Assembly (NCBI GenBank): GCA_043802115.1
Contig: JAZDLJ010000064.1
Span: 1 to 32,853 of the forward strand
Source of the DNA: a bacterium
Lineage (GTDB): Bacteria; SZUA-182; JAZDLJ01
Direction: 5' to 3'
Length of the DNA: 32,853 nt
Part shown: piece by piece, positions 16,417-24,800 of the stretch
Position numbering within the stretch: the stretch's first letter is position 1
Layout of the letters: each line of letters begins with the position of its first letter
Made by a program: the position numbers and the translations under genes
Notes under the pieces: model-generated
What the model saw: only the letters and a program-made list of their open reading frames with translations
Database searches by the model: none
Told to the model about the DNA's origin: nothing

Positions 16417-16675
16417 GTCGTTTCCTTTCTTGAATATTTGCAAGACGAGCACTGATAATTCGTATGGCCTTGCCTCTCTCTGTGTGTGAAACTACAAGCA
16501 AACGTCCATGAGAAGAGTAGCCAATAGTTATCAATCTTTGTTCGTCATCAGAATGATCAGGATCATCAAAAGTAGCCGATAATGGATCATAGAATACAGT
16601 CATAGCTTCATCAAGTGATACCTTATGCTTTTTATTGTTCTTCTTTATTTTTTCCTTGTCCCATTCAAATTGCAT
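16406..16675 (-). CDS. brnT: BrnT-family (DUF497) toxin
   Basis: MQFEWDKEKIKKNNKKHKVSLDEAMTVFYDP ... EQRLITIGYSSHGRLLVVSHTERGKAIRIISAR matches the DUF497 pattern (FEWD..K...N..KHG.sF.EA..vF.D ... R.IS.R). Confidence 0.85.
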   Translation of the reverse strand: MQFEWDKEKIKKNNKKHKVSLDEAMTVFYDPLSATFDDPDHSDDEQRLITIGYSSHGRLLVVSHTERGKAIRIISARLANIQERKRHEN

Positions 16676-16770
16676 ATCATATATTTTATTTTATCATAAT
16701 ATTACATCTAAATATAGAGATGGGGTAATATTTTTTCCTGTTATCTTCTCATGGCTGACTCAGCATTTTC

Positions 16771-16805
16771 TCAAAACCTGACAGGCGTTATTCCCTCCAA
16801 AACCT
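16771..16805 (-). pseudogene. 35-nt ghost of a ketoacyl synthase 3' end
   Basis: The minus strand reads GFGGNNACQVLRKC-stop. 29 of the first 32 nt are identical to the fabF 3' end at 13163-13194 (GFAFGGNNACLVLKKYE). Confidence 0.6.
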
Positions 16806-16807
16806 TC

Positions 16808-16969
16808 CTGAACACGATTTCAGGATTAAAGGATTAACAGGATTAAAGATAATACAATGAGCTATTCATTTATTTCAGAGTCTTTAATCCTGCCCATCCT
16901 GTAATCCTTCTAAATCCTGTTCAGACAATCTTTAATCCTGTCCATCCTTCAATCCCTAAATCGTGTCCG
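16808..16969. repeat. Cluster of three U repeats: one forward, two inverted in tandem
   Basis: Forward copy 16808-16848 (ctgaacacgatttcaggattaaaggattaacaggattaaag). Inverted copies 16882-16929 and 16930-16969. The last one overlaps the final codons and stop of CDS 16949..21364. Confidence 0.75.
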
Positions 16970-19900
16970 TGCCGCCTCTATTGAATCGCAAATCTTCCTT
17001 GTTAAGAACCCCACCAACTCCAATTTATCTTCTGTAAATAAACCACTTATCAGCCTGTTTTCAAGATAAATACAACCAATCATCCTATTGCGGATAAAGA
17101 TAGGCACGCACATAATACTACGCAACCCATGCCTGTGCACACTTAGATTCTGTTTCAAGGCCATGTCTGCCTCAGCATCTGTGACTATTATTGGCTGCCC
17201 ACTCTCTTCAACCTTTTTGAGGATACTTGTACTTATCTCAAACTCCTCTGTCCCATAAGGGGCTTTATTAAAGTTGCGGCTTACCTTTACCTCCAACCCC
17301 TTTTCCTTTTCAATCTCTTCAGGATACAAAAGCAAGGCCCCGCGTTCTGCCCCGCCAACCTCAATGGCAGTATCCAGAATCTTTTCTAGCACCTTATTAA
17401 GATCGTCACCTGAGGCAGGGGCTATCTCCATATTGGAGATTGAGGAGCGTTGGACGCTTCGCTCTAACTTCCTTTGGGTTGTCCATTCATCCTCCTGCTC
17501 TTTGACCAGCTCAGGGTCTATGTCCATTAGAAGCTTATTCGTCCTTTTGAGATCCAATTCCGCCCCGCATTCGGCAAAGAGATCCCTTGCCTCCACAAGG
17601 TAATCCTTATAGCGGGCGATAGTTTCCTGGTCATTGGGTTTATCTTTAAGAAAGAAGGATGCCTCTTCAAGGAGGATATAGCCAAGCCTGTACTTATCCT
17701 GGGTCTGCTCCCGTAGCCATTTTATCCCCGTTTCCCAGATATCTTCCGCCTTCTCCTTTTTACCTATAAGCCAATTATAGGTGCCATTGACCTGATAAGC
17801 CCAGCCGAGGAAGTATCTGTATTTTTTCCCCCAACCGATGGCCTTTTTACTAAACCACCTTGCCCTTTCAAGATATCTTTTTCTTTCTTTATCGGATAAA
17901 TTGGGGGAATTAATAAGGACGCTGGTATATATCTGGGCGCCTATGGGGAAGAGCTCCAATGTCCAGACACCACCATTTAAATGGGTTGGAAATAGATCCA
18001 CAACTTCTTCTATTATCTCAATGGCTTTTTTATAATCTCTTCTAATTAGGTAGGCAAAGGCTAAAACCTCTCTTGACCAGATAAAACTCGTTTTGTCATT
18101 GGTCTGTCTTGCTAACTCGATGCTCTGTTTAGCCTCATCTATAATTTCATCATCAATATTACCCGTGAAACAGCTTGATCTATATTTGCACCCATATGCC
18201 CACCCTAGATATTGGAGTGATCTGACCTGTTTCATTAAGATAATAAAATCATCTGCGAATTGACTAGCGATCTTAAATTTTCCAGAAAGGGTATTGCTAT
18301 CTATGTAAAAGGCATAAGCTGCACCTAAACCAAAATAATCACCTATATTTTTAAGGAGCTCAATACCTTTATAACCATAATCTACAGCTCCCTTTATATC
18401 ATTTTTAGCATAAAAGGCATAACTATAATAAGCATAAGATACACCTTCCAAGAGCCTATTATCAATCTTCCTTGAGATCTCTAATCCTTTAGCTAAATCT
18501 CTTTTTGCCCGCGAAAACCATGGTAGGGTTATCCATATACACCCTCCAACATTGTAACCATAGGCCAGCTCATAACTAGGGCCTATTTTTTCCGCCAGAT
18601 TAAGCATCCTGAGAAAAATATAAAAACACCTCTTAATATCCATAAAATAATATATATGACTAAGGGTAATCAAAAGTTTTACAATAACTGTTTGAAGCGG
18701 GTTATCAGTATATTCCCGCCTGACAAAAATCCCAGGAAAAATGGTATGAAGACCTTGCACCAAAAGCTCCCTAAATGTCCTTACCGCAAGCCCAAACTTC
18801 CCTTTCGGCATCTCAACCCCCAGGGAATAAAGACACCTCTCCAGGATATAAATACTGTCTTCCAGCTTACCTGCAACCCAAAAGGTCAGACCTATTTTAT
18901 AATATAGCTCGGCCATCCTAAGTTTATCTTCTTTTGGAATTAAGTCCTTGCAACCATCTAATACCCTTACGGCCTCAAGGAAATCCCCTGCCAGGCGATA
19001 GACATCCCCCAGGTCTTCTAATACCTCAAGATATTCAGGGCCTGCCCTCTTTTCCTGTTTTTCCAGGATCAGCTTGGCCCTTAAATAGAAACCGATTGCC
19101 TCTGCATTTGCATAATTGGCCTTGGCCTTTTTCCCTGCTGGTATCCCGTATTCCAACACCTTTTTCTCATTTCCTCCCTCAATATAGTGATTGGCCAATT
19201 CAAAGATTACCTGATCCAGTTCATTACTATCCTTTGCCATCTCCTCCAATACCTGACCGATCCTCAGATGTAAGGACTTCTCCTCCTCCTTACTTATCCT
19301 CTGGGAAAAGGCATCCCTGACCCGATCGTGGATAAAGATTAGTTCTCCTCGTTCGTTGCCTTTCTCTAGGAGCTGGAGTTCTATTACCTCATCTACCAGC
19401 TTGATCAACTTTTCCATAGGTAGCTGGGTAACTGCCTGCAATAAATCGACCTTGAATCTCTTTCCAATTACCGCGGCTGTTGACAATATCTCCAGCTCGT
19501 CGCTGCCCAGGGAGTTTATCCTCCTCAATAAGATCTCAACTATACTAACGGAGATACTTATTGCGCCTAGTTTTTCCTTATCTATCTCCCAGTGATATTT
19601 GTTATGCCTTATCCCCTTTTCATCTACTATCTGCCGTAAGATCTCGATGGTGAAAAAGGGGTTCCCCTTGCTCTTCTTATAGATGTACGCACTTAGTTCA
19701 TTGACTCGATTCCTTTCTTCTAATAAGAGATCGGTTATAAAATTATTCATCTCAGTGGTATCAAGGTTCTTTAATTGAATCTCGTCCAGGGGAATTCTAT
19801 ATTTCCTGGCCTCTTGAATGATCTTGGTTAATCTATGCGTCTGGCCTACCTCATTATCCCTATATGCCCCCAGGATAAGTAAAGGATAAGGACGAATATC

Positions 19901-21364
19901 CCCTATAATTTCGTTCAGCAGGGTTAATGTCCCTTCATCTGCCCAATGGAGGTCATCTATAAAAAGGACAACGGGTCTCCCTTTCTCGCCGAGGCTTTTA
20001 AAAAATCTTGTACAGACGATCAAAAATCTCCTATTCTCTTTTTCAGGGGTGTCCAAGGGAACAAGAGAAGGGACTTCGCCTAAGATCTCGCGCATTGTTG
20101 GATTAAACTGGTAGATGATCTCCCCTAATTCACCCACCCCTTCCCTTAATCTCTCTCTTACCTTGTCTTTTTCTGCCTCAGATGATTGTCCTACCTTGCT
20201 TACATACTCATTAATGGCCTCTTGAAATGGTTGATAGGGTGTCTTATGCTCTTGGGCAAAACATTTACCTGAGATAAATTCTCCTCCTAGTTCATAGACA
20301 TGAGCCTGAAATTCCTCGATAAATCGACTCTTTCCCTGGCCTGCTTCTCCACTAACCAGACAAATGCCCCCTCTTCCATGTTGAGCAAAATCATAGATAA
20401 TCTGTAGGTTCCTCAGTTCATGATCTCTGCCTACTAATAAGGTTCGGTAGTTGAGCTTGCCAAGTCGATCTGACTTTCCTAAAGGAAAGGCGGTCTTCCC
20501 TTGCTGATATTTTTTTAGATCAACAAGCAATCCCCTGGCTGTTTGATAGCGCTTTTCCTGATCTTTCTCTAATAATTTTAAGGTGATTTCTCCTAAAATA
20601 GGGGGGATTATTTTTTTAATCTGAAGAAGAGGTGTGGGTTTCCTGGATATATGTTGGTGTAATATGGTGGCTACATCCTCTCCTTTAAAGGGTAATTCTC
20701 CGCTGAGGAGTTGGTACCTGATAATCCCCAGGGAGTATAAGTCACTTCGTTCATCTATGGGTTTTCTTACTATCCCACTTTGTTCGGGTGACATATAATT
20801 AAAGGTGCCGACCACCTCTTCAGTTACTTTTATCCTTGTCAGGTACATTAAGTGGGCTAAGCCGAAGTCGATTATCCTGATCTTAAATCCTTGTTCTCCT
20901 ATCCCTCCTTTTTGATCTTTCTCTAGGAGGATATTCCCCGGTTTTAGATCTCGATGGATAATCTTATTCTCATGGACATAGTCAAGGGCATTGGTTACCT
21001 GGATTAGGATATCTATGGCTAAGTCAAGAGGGATCTCCCTTTCTCTGTCTATATATTTTTGAAGGGTCTCTCCTTTAATAAATTCCATTACTAGATAATG
21101 GGATCCTTCATGCGTTCCATTTTCATAAATTTTAATGATTTGGGGATGTTCAAGGCGGGAAACCAGGGAGGCTTCTTTCTGAAATCGGATCTTATCCTCA
21201 AGATGATGGCTGACGAATCTTTCTTGAAGGATTTTAATAGCAACTTCCTGACTGGTCTGAGTGTCTATTCCTCGATAGACATGACTCATACCACTGCCAT
21301 CAATCTCTTCCTTGATCTGGTACCTCTTCCCTATGAGATCTCCTATTTTGATCCCTGGGGTCAT
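16949..21364 (-). CDS. Ser/Thr protein kinase - STAND (AAA_16-type) NTPase - helical/TPR-like repeats - C-terminal GAF, 1471 aa
   Basis: Kinase motifs VAIKIL, HRDLKPGNILL, DFGLA, YMSPEQ. Walker A GEAGQGKS and Walker B VVLFIDDLHWAD. About 800 aa of helical repeat region. The C-terminus has a GAF-like pattern (LEKILDTAIEVGGAERGALLLY ... GCIYLENR). SD GAGGTGGA precedes ATG 21364. Confidence 0.9.
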   Translation of the reverse strand: MTPGIKIGDLIGKRYQIKEEIDGSGMSHVYRGIDTQTSQEVAIKILQERFVSHHLEDKIRFQKEASLVSRLEHPQIIKIYENGTHEGSHYLVMEFIKGETLQKYIDREREIPLDLAIDILIQVTNALDYVHENKIIHRDLKPGNILLEKDQKGGIGEQGFKIRIIDFGLAHLMYLTRIKVTEEVVGTFNYMSPEQSGIVRKPIDERSDLYSLGIIRYQLLSGELPFKGEDVATILHQHISRKPTPLLQIKKIIPPILGEITLKLLEKDQEKRYQTARGLLVDLKKYQQGKTAFPLGKSDRLGKLNYRTLLVGRDHELRNLQIIYDFAQHGRGGICLVSGEAGQGKSRFIEEFQAHVYELGGEFISGKCFAQEHKTPYQPFQEAINEYVSKVGQSSEAEKDKVRERLREGVGELGEIIYQFNPTMREILGEVPSLVPLDTPEKENRRFLIVCTRFFKSLGEKGRPVVLFIDDLHWADEGTLTLLNEIIGDIRPYPLLILGAYRDNEVGQTHRLTKIIQEARKYRIPLDEIQLKNLDTTEMNNFITDLLLEERNRVNELSAYIYKKSKGNPFFTIEILRQIVDEKGIRHNKYHWEIDKEKLGAISISVSIVEILLRRINSLGSDELEILSTAAVIGKRFKVDLLQAVTQLPMEKLIKLVDEVIELQLLEKGNERGELIFIHDRVRDAFSQRISKEEEKSLHLRIGQVLEEMAKDSNELDQVIFELANHYIEGGNEKKVLEYGIPAGKKAKANYANAEAIGFYLRAKLILEKQEKRAGPEYLEVLEDLGDVYRLAGDFLEAVRVLDGCKDLIPKEDKLRMAELYYKIGLTFWVAGKLEDSIYILERCLYSLGVEMPKGKFGLAVRTFRELLVQGLHTIFPGIFVRREYTDNPLQTVIVKLLITLSHIYYFMDIKRCFYIFLRMLNLAEKIGPSYELAYGYNVGGCIWITLPWFSRAKRDLAKGLEISRKIDNRLLEGVSYAYYSYAFYAKNDIKGAVDYGYKGIELLKNIGDYFGLGAAYAFYIDSNTLSGKFKIASQFADDFIILMKQVRSLQYLGWAYGCKYRSSCFTGNIDDEIIDEAKQSIELARQTNDKTSFIWSREVLAFAYLIRRDYKKAIEIIEEVVDLFPTHLNGGVWTLELFPIGAQIYTSVLINSPNLSDKERKRYLERARWFSKKAIGWGKKYRYFLGWAYQVNGTYNWLIGKKEKAEDIWETGIKWLREQTQDKYRLGYILLEEASFFLKDKPNDQETIARYKDYLVEARDLFAECGAELDLKRTNKLLMDIDPELVKEQEDEWTTQRKLERSVQRSSISNMEIAPASGDDLNKVLEKILDTAIEVGGAERGALLLYPEEIEKEKGLEVKVSRNFNKAPYGTEEFEISTSILKKVEESGQPIIVTDAEADMALKQNLSVHRHGLRSIMCVPIFIRNRMIGCIYLENRLISGLFTEDKLELVGFLTRKICDSIEAARTRFRD

Positions 21365-21435
21365 ATTTCCACCTCTACTTTTATATTTTAAAGGTGAACA
21401 GGTAACATAATGAAATAATTTACAATCCTGGAATT

Positions 21436-21464
21436 CTTATATCACAAACACTTACCCTTGTCAA
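21436..21464 (-). promoter_or_regulatory. Near-consensus sigma70-type promoter upstream of the STAND kinase gene
   Basis: Minus strand reads TTGACA (21464-21459), a 17-nt spacer, then TATAAG (21441-21436), about 70 nt upstream of ATG 21364. Confidence 0.45.
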
Positions 21465-21530
21465 ATAAAATGTGGCATCCTGGCATTCTTCATTCAGGCT
21501 TAAAATTAATTACATTTTTTTAATAAATAC

Positions 21531-21617
21531 GAGATTGCTTCGTCGGCGAGCCTCCTCGCAATGACGAAACAGACGTTTTTTTGTCATTGCAGAGGAATAT
21601 AACGACGAAGCAATCTC
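21531..21617. repeat. 87-bp nested palindromic element
   Basis: Outer arms gagattgcttcgtcg (21531-21545) and cgacgaagcaatctc (21603-21617). Inner arms gcaatgacgaaa (21558-21569) and tttgtcattgc (21580-21590). Confidence 0.75.
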
Positions 21618-21688
21618 AACTTGGGGAGTCGAACTGACGTGGTTTAAGGCAATCCCATTTAACTAAACCAGTGCCGACATTTATATTT

Positions 21689-21750
21689 TTTTCATGACAA
21701 ATTTCGTGACATTTTAGTGTCTTTCGTGACATTTAAATTTTCATGATAAA
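21689..21750. repeat. Four direct copies of TTTC(A/G)TGA(C/T)A
   Basis: tttcatgacaaat (21689), tttcgtgacattt (21702), tttcgtgacattt (21722), tttcatgataaaa (21738). Confidence 0.6.
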
Positions 21751-21780
21751 AAACTTTTTTAGAGGCAATTGCCTCTTTGC

Positions 21781-21817
21781 TAAGAGTGTTTCGTTAGTCG
21801 TTGAGTCGTGTGTGTTA
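21781..21817 (-). pseudogene. 37-nt ghost of the BrnT-partner antitoxin 3' end
   Basis: taagagtgtttcgttagtcgttgagtcgtgtgtgtta compared with 16184-16220 taagagtgtttcgtcaggcgttgagttgtgcgtgcta: 5 mismatches. It would encode ..TTQRLTKHS-stop. Confidence 0.6.
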
Positions 21818-21865
21818 CTGACATACAAAGCCTCCACTTAACCTTTTCAAAAAGCAAAGGAATAG

Positions 21866-24800
21866 TCAAAACCGATCTGCAGGAGCTAATTCCATTGAAT
21901 AATTTACAGTTTGAATACCTTTTACGGTAATACTTTCCGGATGATCTCCCCAGCCTATTTTACAGTCCCAAACTACTTTACTTTTACAGCCTGAAGCTAC
22001 ATGACTTACACCATTTTTATCAATATATGTAATGTTACAATCATAAAGATGTAATATTTCACGAAAACCCCAATCAATATAGGCATCTATACTATATGAA
22101 ATATCCCTAAATGAAGGATTGTTCCCATCCTTATCAGATAAAATAACATTTTTGCCTCTACCACTAAAAGAAGCGATATCTATATATGGATAAATATTTT
22201 CCTCCCCTTCGTACCTTGTATCTTCAGGTATTGATGGAACCTCATCGTGATCCAAATATAACGACCAACTATAATAATATTCACAATACCACGACTGGCT
22301 TTCTATCCCTGAATCAAAAGGTTGGTCGTACTCATCAGATATATAACTTTTAAAAGAAACAGTATCCCATCCTCCCTCAAAATCATCGAACCCAAAATAA
22401 TTATTCACCCACTCAGTGCAGGATGTTTCAGATGGCACTTTTGAATATCTGATTTCCTTTATTAAAAACAGATTATTGAAGTCTAAAGTATAAACAGTAG
22501 ATGTTACCCCATTAATTATTTCAGTATGCTTGGGACAATTAAAAATTTTTGTCTGATGCTTTTTCCATTCAACCCGTTTAACAAACAAATTGCATTCCTC
22601 AGGAGGGTATTCAGGATCTGCATCAGGAGTATAGTAATCATCGTGCGTATAATAAAAGATTGAGAGATGCGGATATTCGTCCATATCAATAACTTCTTCA
22701 CATGAGCTATTTTTTATCGATAATGAAAAGGCATATTCCCAATCACCGCTCTTTCCAACATCTTGATAATGGGCGAAGAGTTCAGCTACGCCCGTATTAC
22801 CAAGATAATAAAGATAAGCATAGGCAATATCATCAACCTTGTTGAATGGTCCAACCAAGTCAGGATTTTTTTCAATACTTTTTAAGGTCTCTACCTTAGC
22901 TCCATCCACCCCAGATTTAACCATAATAGTTTTTCCACCTAGCTTTGGGATGTGACCATTGCAGGTAAAACGAATATAAAATGGTTGATAATAATAGGCC
23001 TTGATCTTAATAGTGGCGTTATTATTAGTATAAAAGGAAGGGTTAATAACATTGATAATAATAGTTTGTTCATCAGCACTTCCATTGATCACGACCTCTT
23101 CAAGGCGTTCACCACCGCCACCTTTTCCTAAATAGGTATTTTCAGTATGGGAAGAATCAGAATCATTAAGATAGATATTGCCTCTAATCTGACCAGTGGT
23201 CTCAAACTCAAGTTTGATGGGGTCGGGGATGCCTTTTGTGGTTTTGAGGACGTAGGTAGCGCCAGACATTGGTAGAAGTTTCAGCTCTTCTCCAATATTC
23301 TCAGGGACTGAGGCCTTATTGCTGTTGTCGTGTTTTCCATTGAGTAAAACTTGAATCTGCTGTTCTCCATATACTGACTCGGCATACACATGCCTTAATA
23401 TCTTGGGAGAGTCTTTCCTGTCCTTCCCCTCAAGGTTATTTATCTTGTAAAATTCAAAACCAAAGTTGTATTTGTAATGAAAATTTTTATCCTCTTTCAT
23501 AAACTTCCATAAACTGATCTCCTGTATAGCAGCGTCATCCATCTTGTTATTATAGTGATAAACAAAATCTAGATAGGCATCAGCAAGGGACAACGTTTTC
23601 TTCTCATTTCTATTGGTTAACCCCTTTAAGATATTGTCTATCAACGTAAGCGCGCCTGTATCTGCAATCGCGGGCATTTGTTGAATTAGGGGTTTAATTG
23701 AAGGGGTCTCTTTTAAAAAGAGACGGTGAATAATAGGCTCTTCCCCGTAGTTTGCCTCTAGGTATTTTTGAAATACTATTCCCTTATACCAATGATAATC
23801 TTTTTTTTGAGATATATCTTCTATTTCTTCTTTTCTTTTGATAATAGACTCACCCATGTTTAATCCTGTCAGTGTATAAAATTGGTCAGTTCGATCATTA
23901 TCTATATAAAAGCCTGAGAAAGGGTTATTGTAAAAATTATAATCATTCCATATCTTATCTGCTATCCATTCAGCCGTGGATTCAAATAACCAATTATTAT
24001 TGTTTTTGATAATAATATCCCAATCTACAAATGATGTATGCTGGATTACATGAAATAATTCATGAGCAGAGCTATATCGTAGGATATCCTGGATCTCAAG
24101 ATAAGAATAGGCACGACGCTTGCTGTCTCTTATAATCATATCGTTATCTAAAGCAATATTACTAGCTGTCTCGCCTAGGTTTTCCAGATCCTTTAACTCT
24201 ACAAGTATAGACCTGTTTGGGAGGTTGTATCCTTGTTCATCTAGTTGTTTATAGGCATATTCGAGGAAACTGGCCAGGTCTCGGACGTAATCAGGTGGAG
24301 GTGGATTTTCTACAGGACAATCAAGAGATCCACAACCGTCTGATGTTGAACTTCCACACCCATCACCATATTTTTCATTTAAAAGTACTCCCTCTTCCCC
24401 TTTTTCCTTGTACTTTATCAGGAAATGGGTAGTCTGATAATTAGTTATCTCCTGCTCCGATACCTGTCCACTGAAAGAACCGTTATGATCCACCTGAGAG
24501 GCAATAGTATTTTTTTCTGTATCTACCGAGAAGTTATACGGCATCCATGAATCCATCTCCCAGACTTCAAACTTTAGGTTGGACTCCTTTAGTCCATCCT
24601 TAAATCTAGCCTTAGCTAAGATACTTTCAGAATAGGGTATCTTAAGGGTTGCCGGGAACATAAATCTCAAAGACTCAGGACCTATATTTATTGGCGGATG
24701 GAGATAGACCTCCTCAATTCCGGGCGGTGGCGGGGATAAAACCTCTCCTATTGTAATCTCTGTGTCAACATCTAGCGCCCCGGCAGGGATGCTTAAAGTT

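Noticed and set aside
21618-21680. tRNA-like fragment (ggggagtcgaactgacg resembles a reverse-complemented T-arm/acceptor).
   Set aside because: I could not build a T-stem: the bases flanking the ttcgact loop are not complementary. I also found no D or anticodon arms. At most this is a decayed fragment.
22516-22701. 61-aa minus-strand ORF inside the metallopeptidase gene.
   Set aside because: It is an out-of-frame ORF nested in a 1245-aa gene on the same strand, with no independent support.
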